Source: Candidatus Flemingiibacterium sp. (lineage in GTDB: Bacteria; Bacillota; Clostridia; Oscillospirales; CAG-272). From it: a stretch of DNA of 64,000 nt. Positions 46,350 to 55,215 of this stretch are shown here, piece by piece. The number at the start of each line of letters is the position of its first letter. Within the stretch, counting starts at the first letter, position 1. The stretch lies in contig JAZNMQ010000046.1 in NCBI GenBank assembly GCA_045579745.1, positions 15,301 through 79,300 on the forward strand. The letters are read 5' to 3'. Position numbers and translations under genes: made by a program. The notes beneath the pieces are model-generated. The model saw only the letters and a list, made by a program, of their open reading frames with translations, did not search any database and was not told the origin of the DNA.

Positions 46350-48752
46350 ATGAAGTACGATTTTAGAGCCATTGAAAAGAAATGGCAAGACAAATGGGAA
46401 GAAACGGGCGTATTTAAGGCGTCCGAGGACCATTCAAAAAAGAAATTCTACGCGCTTGTGGAATTTCCCTATCCGAGCGGCGCAGGAATGCACGTCGGTC
46501 ACATCAAGGCTTATTCGGGTCTTGAGGTCGTTTCGCGCAAGAGAAGAATGCAGGGATATAATGTACTTTTCCCGATAGGCTTCGATGCATACGGATTGCC
46601 GACCGAAAACTATGCTATCAAGACAGGCATTCACCCTCGCAAGGTGACTGACATGAACATTGAGAAGTTCACATCACAGCTTAAGCGTGTTGGCTTCTCG
46701 TTTGATTGGGACCGCGTGGTTGATACCACTGAGGAGGACTACTATAAGTGGACTCAGTGGATTTTCCGTAAAATGTTTGATAATGGACTCGTTTTCCGTG
46801 CAACAACGCTTGTTAACTACTGCCCGAGCTGCAAGGTCGTTCTTTCGAATGAGGATTCGCAGGGCGGCAAGTGCGACATATGCCACAGCGATATCGTTCA
46901 GAAATCCAAGGATGTTTGGTATCTGAGAATTACCGAGTATGCAGACAAGCTTTTGCGTGGACTTGAAAAGGTCGACTATCTGCCCAATATCGTTCTTCAG
47001 CAGGAGAACTGGATTGGACGCTCAGAGGGTGCGTTTGTCAATTTCGGTATCAAGGATACATCTGACAGCCTCAGAATTTACACAACCAGACCTGATACAA
47101 TGTTCGGAGTAACCTTCATGGTTATCGCTCCTGAGCATCCAATTATTGAAAAATACCGTGACAAGATCGCTAACATCGACACACTTGACGCCTACAAGGA
47201 TGAGTGTGCAAAGAAAACAGAGTTTGAGCGCACACAGCTCGTAAAGGACAAAACCGGAGTTTGCATCGAGGGACTTTCGGCAATCAATCCCGCAAATGGC
47301 AAGGAAATCCCGATTTACATTTCCGACTATGTTATGATGGGCTACGGTACAGGCGCTATTATGGCGGTTCCTGCACACGATGAGCGCGACTACGACTTTG
47401 CTAAGAAGTTCGGAATTGATATTATTGAAGTTATCAAGGGCGGAGATGTTTCAAAGGAAGCATACTCCGGTGACGGAGAGATGATAAACTCCGACTTCCT
47501 TAACGGAATAAAGACCAAGAAGGAAGCTGTCGCGAAAATGCTCGAATACCTCGCCGAAAAGGGTGTTGGCGAAAAGGGCGTTCAGTATAAGATGAAGGAC
47601 TGGGCGTTTAACCGTCAGCGTTATTGGGGCGAGCCGATTCCGATTATTCATTGCCCGCATTGCGGAGTGGTTGGCGTTCCGTATGAGGAGCTCCCGCTCA
47701 GACTTCCTGAGGTTGAAAACTTCGCTCCCGGCGAAGGCGGAGAGTCACCGCTTGCAAAGATAGATTCGTTTGTTAACTGCACCTGCCCGAAATGCGGCGG
47801 CGCTGCTAAACGCGAAACTGATACAATGCCTCAGTGGGCAGGCTCGTCATGGTATTTCCTGCGTTACTGCGACCCGCATAACAGCGAGGCGTTTGCATCC
47901 AAGGAAGCTCTCAATTATTGGCTTCCCGTTGACTGGTATAACGGCGGCATGGAGCATGTTACACGCCACCTGATCTATTCAAGATTCTGGCATCGTTTCC
48001 TCTATGATATCGGCGAGGTGCCTGTAGAGGAGCCCTACGCAAAGCGTACAGCTCAGGGCCTTATCCTCGGTCCGGATGGCGATAAGATGTCGAAGTCCAA
48101 GGGTAATGTAGTTGACCCGAACGATGTTGTAGACGAGTATGGCGCAGATGTACTTCGCGTTTACACACTCTTTATGGGTGATTACGCTTCTGCGGCACCG
48201 TGGAATGAAAGCTCGGTTAAGGGTGTTATGCGTTTCCTCGACCGTGTTGCAGGCCTCTCTGAGATGGCAAATGGCACCGGTGCAACAGCAAAGCTTGAGG
48301 CATCGTTCCATAAGACAATCAAGAAGGTTGCTCAGGATATCGAGGAGATGAAGTTCAACACGGCGATTGCCGCGCTGATGAGCCTTATCAACGAAATTTA
48401 CGATGCAGGTTCTCTCACGAAGGATGAGCTTGGCGTATTTGCAAGACTTCTTTGCCCGTTTGCACCTCACCTTTGCGAGGAAATATGGGAATCTCTCGGA
48501 AATACAGAGCTCTGCGCTCTTGCAGAATGGCCGGAGCACGACGAGGCAAAGACCATTGACTCTACAGTAGAGATTGCTGTTCAGATCAGCGGTAAGCTCA
48601 AGTTCACAAAGATTATTCCGATGAACACCTCAAGGGAGGACGCAATTGCCCTCGTAAAGGCAGATGAGCGTATGATTCCGTTCCTTGACGGCAAGACTAT
48701 CGTTAAGGAGATCAGTGTTCCGAACAAGATCGTTAATATCGTGGTAAAATAA
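46350..48752 (+). CDS. leuS: leucine--tRNA ligase
   Basis: HIGH motif (PYPSGAGMHVGH), KMSKS (DKMSKSKGN) and a CP1 editing domain. 800 aa. Confidence 0.97.
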   Translation: MKYDFRAIEKKWQDKWEETGVFKASEDHSKKKFYALVEFPYPSGAGMHVGHIKAYSGLEVVSRKRRMQGYNVLFPIGFDAYGLPTENYAIKTGIHPRKVTDMNIEKFTSQLKRVGFSFDWDRVVDTTEEDYYKWTQWIFRKMFDNGLVFRATTLVNYCPSCKVVLSNEDSQGGKCDICHSDIVQKSKDVWYLRITEYADKLLRGLEKVDYLPNIVLQQENWIGRSEGAFVNFGIKDTSDSLRIYTTRPDTMFGVTFMVIAPEHPIIEKYRDKIANIDTLDAYKDECAKKTEFERTQLVKDKTGVCIEGLSAINPANGKEIPIYISDYVMMGYGTGAIMAVPAHDERDYDFAKKFGIDIIEVIKGGDVSKEAYSGDGEMINSDFLNGIKTKKEAVAKMLEYLAEKGVGEKGVQYKMKDWAFNRQRYWGEPIPIIHCPHCGVVGVPYEELPLRLPEVENFAPGEGGESPLAKIDSFVNCTCPKCGGAAKRETDTMPQWAGSSWYFLRYCDPHNSEAFASKEALNYWLPVDWYNGGMEHVTRHLIYSRFWHRFLYDIGEVPVEEPYAKRTAQGLILGPDGDKMSKSKGNVVDPNDVVDEYGADVLRVYTLFMGDYASAAPWNESSVKGVMRFLDRVAGLSEMANGTGATAKLEASFHKTIKKVAQDIEEMKFNTAIAALMSLINEIYDAGSLTKDELGVFARLLCPFAPHLCEEIWESLGNTELCALAEWPEHDEAKTIDSTVEIAVQISGKLKFTKIIPMNTSREDAIALVKADERMIPFLDGKTIVKEISVPNKIVNIVVK

Positions 48753-48755
48753 AAG

Positions 48756-48784
48756 TTCGAGGTGCCTCATTGAGGCACCTCGAG
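48756..48784. terminator. bidirectional terminator between leuS and ogg
   Basis: Near-perfect palindrome TCGAGGTGCC TCATTGA GGCACCTCGA. Confidence 0.8.
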
Positions 48785-48788
48785 TTGT

Positions 48789-49682
48789 TTATTCACCTAA
48801 CCATCTTTCATAGTAGAAAAGGTATTGCTGTGCTATTCCTGCGTATTTGCCGAGCATTGAAATGTTGAGCCCCTTCGGGTAATATTTTTCGAGGACGCGT
48901 TTTACCCAAACATCTATCGGGAAGGCTTCGGTTTTGTCAAAGCCGAACAGCATGGAGCAGGATGCGACCTTAGGTCCGATACCCTTTACCGAGCAAAGCA
49001 TTTCCATCGCTTTTTCAGGCTCTGACGCAAAAATCGCATCGAAATTCAGCTCGCCGCTTGAAACCCTGAATGCGGCATCGTATATGTACTTAGCGCGAAA
49101 TCCCGTATGAAGTGCGAATATCTTATCCACACCCGCGTCGGCGAGCACCTTTGCTGAGGGAAACGAATAGTAGATATTATCACCGAAGCTGATAGGCTCA
49201 CCGAATTCACGGCACATTTGTGCGATAATCTTTTTAATACGCGGTATGTTGTTGTTCTGCGATATTATAAACGAGCAGACTGTTTCCCAGGGCTCCTGCC
49301 TGAGAACGCGTATTCCGTGCCCGTAGTCCATTGCTTTTGTTATTACCGAATCATTTCCGCATGCCGCAATGCGAAAACGCTCTGCTATATCGCGGCGAAT
49401 CCCTTTATAGTCCACATCGAGCGCGAGATAGTGCTTCCAAAGCGAATCAAACTCTAAAGCGTTGGTATTGTATATTGTTACGGAGTCGGGAGAATCCTGT
49501 GCTAAGCGTAAATACTTTCCATGGGCAACGCCGTCGATTGCAAGCTTGTGACGCGAATCGTCCACTATATCAAAGCGAAAGCATTGACCGCAATCGAATA
49601 TTTGTTCAATGAGGAAATTCTCGAGCCCGTCTATTTGGATGGCGTTAATACCCCTGTTGTCGATAAACTCTTTAATTTTCAT
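48789..49682 (-). CDS. ogg: 8-oxoguanine DNA glycosylase / AP lyase (OGG1-type HhH-GPD)
   Basis: HhH-GPD region LCSVKGIGPKVASCSMLFGF ... FPIDVWVKR, preceded by an OGG N-terminal-like domain. Start moved to ATG 49680-49682 (MKIKEF), after GGAG. Confidence 0.75.
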   Translation of the reverse strand: MKIKEFIDNRGINAIQIDGLENFLIEQIFDCGQCFRFDIVDDSRHKLAIDGVAHGKYLRLAQDSPDSVTIYNTNALEFDSLWKHYLALDVDYKGIRRDIAERFRIAACGNDSVITKAMDYGHGIRVLRQEPWETVCSFIISQNNNIPRIKKIIAQMCREFGEPISFGDNIYYSFPSAKVLADAGVDKIFALHTGFRAKYIYDAAFRVSSGELNFDAIFASEPEKAMEMLCSVKGIGPKVASCSMLFGFDKTEAFPIDVWVKRVLEKYYPKGLNISMLGKYAGIAQQYLFYYERWLGE

Positions 49683-49785
49683 TCTTTTCTCCGAATTATT
49701 CATAAAAAAGCTCTTGATTTATTTTATTATAACAGTATAATAATATTAAGTCAAGTGAAAAAATTTGAGTGTTTGGAGATAAAAA

Positions 49786-50502
49786 ATGGAGAAGATCTAT
49801 ACAATACCGGTAAACGAAGCTTTTGAAGCATCTCAGGCTGACCCTAAATGTGGATGCCCGTTCTGTACACTTTACAACCGACTTGAAGAAAATGAGCTTG
49901 AGCTCATACTCGGCGCATCAATGATGGAGCCGGATGTTCGTATAAAGACAAATGAGCTCGGATTTTGCAGGACACATTATGACATGATGTTCACCAGAAA
50001 AAACCGTCTTGGAATGGCACTCATGCTTGAAAGCCATCTCGATACGCTCCGGGGTGAAACCGAGGGAAAGGGCTTAGCTGCCCTGAAGGGAATCGGTGTT
50101 GAGCCGATGAAGCGTCTTGAAAAGCTTGAAGACAGCTGTTATGTTTGCGGTCGGATTGAATTTTCTTTGACAAAAATGTTTGAAACAGCCGTGCTTCTTT
50201 GGGAGCAGGATCCTGAATTCCGCAAAAAGCTTGAGGCTCAGCCGTACATATGCCTGCCGCATTACCGTATGTTTGTTGAGTTCGGACGAAAAGGTCTTTC
50301 GAAAAAGCGGTTTGCTGACTTTTACAAGGATGTTTCATCGGTGGTTAATACCTACTTTGATGAGCTTCGCGGTGATGTCAGCTGGTTCTGCAAGAAGTTT
50401 GACTACAGATATGATGCAGAGCCGTGGGGAAATTCGAAGGACGCAGTTGAACGCGCGATAAAATTCACATCGGGCGATATGCACAAGGGTGTTGAAAAGT
50501 GA
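49786..50502 (+). CDS. uncharacterised cysteine-rich protein with two CxxC...CxxHY modules
   Basis: 238 aa. Module 1 is CPFC-x33-CRTHY and module 2 is CYVC-x34-CLPHY. No catalytic motif seen. Possibly a Clostridial DUF family, but I cannot name it with confidence. Confidence 0.55.
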   Translation: MEKIYTIPVNEAFEASQADPKCGCPFCTLYNRLEENELELILGASMMEPDVRIKTNELGFCRTHYDMMFTRKNRLGMALMLESHLDTLRGETEGKGLAALKGIGVEPMKRLEKLEDSCYVCGRIEFSLTKMFETAVLLWEQDPEFRKKLEAQPYICLPHYRMFVEFGRKGLSKKRFADFYKDVSSVVNTYFDELRGDVSWFCKKFDYRYDAEPWGNSKDAVERAIKFTSGDMHKGVEK

Positions 50503-50517
50503 CAGCTTGATAAATAA

Positions 50518-50555
50518 AATCGGCGAAGGTGTTATGCCTTCGCCGAGCTTTTGTT
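50518..50555. terminator. bidirectional terminator between the Cys-rich gene and the Gfo oxidoreductase gene
   Basis: CGGCGAAGG (50521-29), a 7-nt loop, CCTTCGCCG (50537-45), followed by AGCTTTTGTTGTTT. Confidence 0.8.
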
Positions 50556-50561
50556 GTTTGA

Positions 50562-51701
50562 TTAAAATCTCGGAACAGTTACCCATTCGCCATCGCGAAG
50601 AGCCGAGATGTGAGAGCAAATACCTGCCGCACAGATGTTAGCGGAGAGCACCTCATCTGTCCAAGGCTTGCGATTTTCAAGAATACTGCTGACAAACTCA
50701 TGAACCATATGAGCGTGTGAGCCGTGGTGACCTGCACCGGAACCCTTCTTGAGAGATTCCTGCGGATTCTCAGGGTCATAATTGCTGCCAACGGTGTATT
50801 TCCAAAGCTCCTCGGGGAGATATTGGAAGTAGTTAGGAAGATCAATTGTCTCGACTGTGGTAAAAGTTCCGCGCTTGCCGTTTACATTGCGTTCGGAAAG
50901 GGTCGTAACATACGGTTTACCACCATCGCTGAAGCCCCATTCGAAGCTCTTTTTGCTTCCGTATACGAACAGTCCCTCCTGATAAACTCGAGCGGTTTCG
51001 AAAAGAGTTCTTGTTGCTTCTGCAGCAAGACCGTTTGCAAAGTGAAGATGTGTGGTTTCAGCAGGGAAGGGGTTGCCGTAATTTGCAACAAGCTCGTCAC
51101 GCATTGTTCCCGAACCGAGGCAGGAAACGCGGTCTACACGGCTCTCGGAGAGTGTGATCATGGGTGAGAGAGCGTGTGTGCCATACCAGAACGGAGGAAG
51201 TCCAAGCCAGTAGCTCGGCCAGTTTTCCATATCCTGATAGTGGGAGCCTCTCATTAACTGAATGCGGCCAAGCTCGCCCCTGTTAATAAGCTCTTTAATA
51301 TAGAAATACTGATATGTATAGAGCGTAGTTTCCATCATCATGTAGTTTTTGCCCGATCTGCGAACAGCCTCGGTGATTTCGCGAATTTCATCGAGCGTGG
51401 TAGCCATCGGAACTGTGCAGGCGCAGTGCTTTCCTGCGTTCAGAACACGAACCGTCTGAGAAGCGTGATCGGGAATTGCGGTGACAAGATGAACCGCATC
51501 AATGCTTTCATCAGCCAGAATGGCCTCAAAGGACTCGGCAACTGATACATTGGGATACGCTTCCTTGAAGCTCTTTACCTTGTTTTGGTCGAGGTCGCAG
51601 ATTACGATTTCGTCAACTCCGGGATGGTCTGCCCAGATCGGTACAAATGCTCCACCAAATCCAAGACCTACAAGAGCCGCTTTGATCTTTCCGTTTTTCA
51701 T
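50562..51701 (-). CDS. Gfo/Idh/MocA family oxidoreductase
   Basis: KAALVGLGFGGAF Rossmann start. 379 aa. GGAGGA upstream. Divergent from an AraC regulator. Confidence 0.8.
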   Translation of the reverse strand: MKNGKIKAALVGLGFGGAFVPIWADHPGVDEIVICDLDQNKVKSFKEAYPNVSVAESFEAILADESIDAVHLVTAIPDHASQTVRVLNAGKHCACTVPMATTLDEIREITEAVRRSGKNYMMMETTLYTYQYFYIKELINRGELGRIQLMRGSHYQDMENWPSYWLGLPPFWYGTHALSPMITLSESRVDRVSCLGSGTMRDELVANYGNPFPAETTHLHFANGLAAEATRTLFETARVYQEGLFVYGSKKSFEWGFSDGGKPYVTTLSERNVNGKRGTFTTVETIDLPNYFQYLPEELWKYTVGSNYDPENPQESLKKGSGAGHHGSHAHMVHEFVSSILENRKPWTDEVLSANICAAGICSHISALRDGEWVTVPRF

Positions 51702-51775
51702 GTAAAATTCCTCCTTGATATTTTAAGCGTTTTTGATCTCACCTTAATTATATCGGATTTTTTCGCAAAAAAACA

Positions 51776-51804
51776 TTGAAAAATTAGCAAAAAACATGTA
51801 TAAT
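51776..51804 (+). promoter_or_regulatory. sigma-A-type promoter of the AraC-family gene
   Basis: TTGAAA (51776-51781), 17 bp spacer, TATAAT (51799-51804). Lies in the divergent region shared with the oxidoreductase gene. Confidence 0.6.
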
Positions 51805-51825
51805 AATGTAGGTGGAGGTGACACT

Positions 51826-52659
51826 ATGCAAATTGCAGAGCTTGATCTGACAGCTTCGCGCGTAGTTATTGAAGCGTTTTCAAATTGCTATGTCAACGGC
51901 GCGCCGCATCCGAATCGTATACTCGATTTCCACGACTTTATCTATATGACTGATGGCGAATGGGATATTATTCAAAACGGGGTAAGCTTTCATGCTGTTA
52001 CCGATGACGTGGTAATTCTCAGCGCGAGGCAAAAGCATGGAGGAAATCTTCCTTGCTCGAACGGCACGAGGACAATGTATTTGCATTTAAGTGCTTCAGA
52101 AAACGATGATTATTCTGAAGCGGAGAAAAATTCGCCTGATAGTGGTATTGTTGCGCTGCCAACCTTAATTCATTGCCGCGAATATCCGCAAATAAAGTCG
52201 ATTTTTTCTGAGCTGGTAAGCGCATTTTCGGCAAATGGTTCATACCGTGAGGAACGGCTTGGCGCACTCGTGGATTTGCTGTTTATCAATTTACACGATG
52301 CGAATACAAAGATGAACGACTCGCGTTACAATAGCTTTGTCGATAGAGTTCTCGAGGTAATTCATGCCTCGCCACAGCTTTGTTTTTCTAATGAAAAGTT
52401 GTCAGCCATGTTTTTTGTAAGTCCGAAAACACTCGTGGAACGCTTTAAGGCGAAAACAGGGTGCTCGCCGCATCAGTATCAGCAGAACTATAAGCTTAAT
52501 ATTATAAAATCGCAGCTCATTTTCAATCCTAAGCTGACTTTATATGAGCTCGCGATAAATTATGGCTTTTATGATGAATTTCATCTTAGCCGGGCTTTCA
52601 AGAAAGTTTATGGTATTTCACCGCGCGAATACAAGAAAAAGCATTTAAATGATAGATGA
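51826..52659 (+). CDS. AraC family transcriptional regulator
   Basis: C-terminal double HTH (LSAMFFVSPKTLVERFKAKTGCSPHQYQ ... YGFYDEFHLSRAFKKVYGISPREY) and an N-terminal cupin-like domain. ATG 51826 follows GGTGGAGGTGA. The track start at 51796 overlaps the -10 box. Confidence 0.85.
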   Translation: MQIAELDLTASRVVIEAFSNCYVNGAPHPNRILDFHDFIYMTDGEWDIIQNGVSFHAVTDDVVILSARQKHGGNLPCSNGTRTMYLHLSASENDDYSEAEKNSPDSGIVALPTLIHCREYPQIKSIFSELVSAFSANGSYREERLGALVDLLFINLHDANTKMNDSRYNSFVDRVLEVIHASPQLCFSNEKLSAMFFVSPKTLVERFKAKTGCSPHQYQQNYKLNIIKSQLIFNPKLTLYELAINYGFYDEFHLSRAFKKVYGISPREYKKKHLNDR

Positions 52660-52693
52660 TTTGAAGAAAATCTAAGAAAAACCTTAAATTCGG

Positions 52694-52722
52694 TTGACAG
52701 AGATTGCGAAAAATTATATAAT
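52694..52722 (+). promoter_or_regulatory. sigma-A-type promoter of the metallophosphoesterase gene
   Basis: TTGACA (52694-52699), 17 bp spacer, TATAAT (52717-52722). Confidence 0.7.
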
Positions 52723-52767
52723 ATAAAATAGGGGATTAAATTCATAAAAAAGGGGAGGCGGTCAAGA

Positions 52768-53637
52768 ATGCGTTTCGCAGTAATATCGGACATACATTCA
52801 AATTATATGGCACTTGAAAACGCGCTTTGCATTCTTGATGATATGCGCCGCCAAGGAAGCTCGATAGATGGAATGATATTCCTCGGAGATTATTTGACGG
52901 ATTTCCCGTATCCTCAGAATACCTTGCGGCTTCTTGATGAGTGCAGGGCGGAGTTCCCTTGTTGGTTCGTTCGGGGAAACAGAGAGGATTATCTGATAAA
53001 GCATCAAAAGGATACATCAGATATTTGGAATGTATCTTCAAGCGGAGGCTCGCTGATTTATACATATGAGAATCTGTTCCCGCAGGACCTTGAGTGGTTT
53101 GAGAGCATGCCTATATGCCTTGATGTAGCTCCTAAGAGGCTTCCTGCGATAACGGCGTGTCATGCTTCACCAGGTGGCAACAAGGAATGGATAATGAATC
53201 GACCGAGCCTTATTGATAAATACACATCTGAGATAATGGGGCAGGTGCTTCTTTGCGGTCATACTCATCGAAGCGGTGTGGTTGAGGCGAACGGACGTCG
53301 GGTTATATTTTGCCCAAGCCTTGGACTTCCTCAGGACCATCGCTCGAGCTCAAAGATGATTATACTCGAATCCGGACACAAAGCGTGGAGATATCGCACC
53401 ATAACCGTTGATTACGACAAAAAGAAAATGGTCGCTGAGTTTAAGAAAAGCGGGCTTTATGACAGAGCCGGAATTTGGGCGAAGTGTATTATCAAATCTA
53501 TGTTTGACGGACGTGACCACGCATCGCGCTGCGTAGCACTTGCATGGCGCAAAGCGACTGCTGACGGATTCACAAGCGGAACGGCTCTCCCGGAGCAGTA
53601 TTGGGAAGCAGCCGGAAGGGAACTGTCGATTATTTAG
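52768..53637 (+). CDS. metallophosphoesterase family protein
   Basis: MRFAVISDIHSN, LGDY, GNRE and GHTH are calcineurin-like phosphoesterase motifs. Confidence 0.75.
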   Translation: MRFAVISDIHSNYMALENALCILDDMRRQGSSIDGMIFLGDYLTDFPYPQNTLRLLDECRAEFPCWFVRGNREDYLIKHQKDTSDIWNVSSSGGSLIYTYENLFPQDLEWFESMPICLDVAPKRLPAITACHASPGGNKEWIMNRPSLIDKYTSEIMGQVLLCGHTHRSGVVEANGRRVIFCPSLGLPQDHRSSSKMIILESGHKAWRYRTITVDYDKKKMVAEFKKSGLYDRAGIWAKCIIKSMFDGRDHASRCVALAWRKATADGFTSGTALPEQYWEAAGRELSII

Positions 53638-53699
53638 GCGGCAAGGCACAGCCGTTCCGAGCTGTGCTCGTATATAATAACAAGAATTTAGGAGTAAAG

Positions 53700-53819
53700 T
53701 TTGAAAACATATTTTCAAACGCTCTTTTGCAGCGCTGATTCGGTTTAACACCGAAGCTTGGCTGACGCAAACCGCGCCCCAAGAAGGGCAGAAAGGAAGC
53801 TTTCGCTGCGGCGTAAGCT
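53700..53819 (+). promoter_or_regulatory. structured 5' leader of ahcY (candidate cis-regulatory RNA)
   Basis: Hairpin TTTGAAAA/TTTTCAAA (53700-53719). Long-range helix GCAGCG (53729-34) with CGCTGC (53804-09), enclosing hairpin TTCGG-N7-CCGAA (53739-55). Two AAGCTT copies (53754-59 and 53797-802) can pair with each other. GCCC-N6-GGGC at 53776-89. Confidence 0.35.
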
Positions 53820-55073
53820 ATGGTAATAAAAATGAGCAGTATTAAAGATATCAACCTTGCAAAAAGCGGACACGATAAGATAAATTGGGTTAAGAGCTAT
53901 ATGCCTGTTCTTAACATAATCAATGAGCAGTTTACTCGTGAAAAGCCGTTTGCCGGCAAGAAAATATCCATGTCGATTCATCTTGAAGCAAAAACAGCCT
54001 ACCTTGCGATTACATTAGCAGCAGGCGGAGCGGAGGTTTATGTAACCGGCTGTAATCCGCTCTCGACTCAGGATGATGTTGCGGCAGCACTTGTCGAGCT
54101 CGGATTCGAGGTTAACGCATGGCGCGGTGTAACAGATGCGGAATACGAGGAGCATTTAAAGAAGACTCTTTCGCTTTGCCCGGATGTTATGATTGACGAT
54201 GGAGGTGACTTAACACACCTTCTTCATGGCGAATGCCGCGAATACGGAAAGAATCTGATTGGCGGATGCGAGGAAACAACCACGGGAATCCATAGATTGT
54301 TTGCGCGTCAGGCGGCAGGACTGCTTGATTACACGATGATAGATGTCAACGATGCAGACTGCAAGCATTTGTTCGACAATCGCTATGGCACAGGTCAGTC
54401 AACGCTTGACGGTATCATGAACAGCACAAATCTCATTATCGCGGGTAAAACTGTAGTTGTAGCAGGCTACGGCTGGTGCGGTAAGGGCATTGCAATGCGT
54501 GCGAAGGGCATGGGCGCGAATGTTATCGTTACCGAAATTGATCCGGTTAAGGGAATTGAGGCTGTTATGGACGGCTTCAGGGTTATGACTATGGATGAGG
54601 CATGCGCACTCGGTGACCTTTTCATAACCGTTACGGGCTGCAAGGACGTAATTCGCGCAGAGCATTTTGACAAGATGAAGGATGGCGTGCTTCTTTCAAA
54701 CAGCGGTCACTTCGATGTTGAAATCGATAAGGTTGCGCTTCGTGATAAGGCTGTCGAGGTTTGGGAAAGGAAGCCTAACATAACAGGCTACAGAATGGCG
54801 GACGGCCGTGTCCTGAACCTTATGGCTGAGGGACGCCTTGTTAATCTTGCGGCAGGAAACGGACATCCTGCGGAAATAATGGATATGAGCTTTGCAATCC
54901 AGGCTAAGAGCCTTGAATATCTTGTCAAGAATGAGGGCAAGCTTGAAAAGAAGATATATCAGGTCCCGCGTGAGATAGATGCCGAGGTAGCTGCTCTCAA
55001 GCTTCAATCGCTCGGAGCAACTCTTGATGTGCTGAGCGAAGAGCAAAAAGAATATCTTGCAAAGGTAGATTGA
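53820..55073 (+). CDS. ahcY: adenosylhomocysteinase (short, archaeal/Firmicute type)
   Basis: SIHLEAKTA, CNPLSTQDDV, GYGWCGKG (NAD) and SGHFDVEI motifs. The start is ATG 53820 or ATG 53832; neither has a well-spaced SD. Confidence 0.93.
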   Translation: MVIKMSSIKDINLAKSGHDKINWVKSYMPVLNIINEQFTREKPFAGKKISMSIHLEAKTAYLAITLAAGGAEVYVTGCNPLSTQDDVAAALVELGFEVNAWRGVTDAEYEEHLKKTLSLCPDVMIDDGGDLTHLLHGECREYGKNLIGGCEETTTGIHRLFARQAAGLLDYTMIDVNDADCKHLFDNRYGTGQSTLDGIMNSTNLIIAGKTVVVAGYGWCGKGIAMRAKGMGANVIVTEIDPVKGIEAVMDGFRVMTMDEACALGDLFITVTGCKDVIRAEHFDKMKDGVLLSNSGHFDVEIDKVALRDKAVEVWERKPNITGYRMADGRVLNLMAEGRLVNLAAGNGHPAEIMDMSFAIQAKSLEYLVKNEGKLEKKIYQVPREIDAEVAALKLQSLGATLDVLSEEQKEYLAKVD

Positions 55074-55083
55074 CAAAATATGC

Positions 55084-55125
55084 GCCGGAGACGCTTATTT
55101 ACAAGGCGTTCTCCGGTTATTTATT
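55084..55125 (+). terminator. rho-independent terminator after ahcY
   Basis: GCCGGAGACGC, a loop, GCGTTCTCCGG(T), followed by TATTTATT. Confidence 0.7.
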
Positions 55126-55154
55126 AGTAAAGTGTAAATGTTTTCACAATTGTC

Positions 55155-55183
55155 TTGCCAATCTTCGAAATATGATTTATAAT
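55155..55183 (+). promoter_or_regulatory. sigma-A-type promoter of srtB-methyltransferase-GT2
   Basis: TTGCCA (55155-55160), 17 bp spacer, TATAAT (55178-55183). Confidence 0.6.
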
Positions 55184-55215
55184 AGGGTAGTATAACTTTT
55201 TACGGAGGATTTTCA

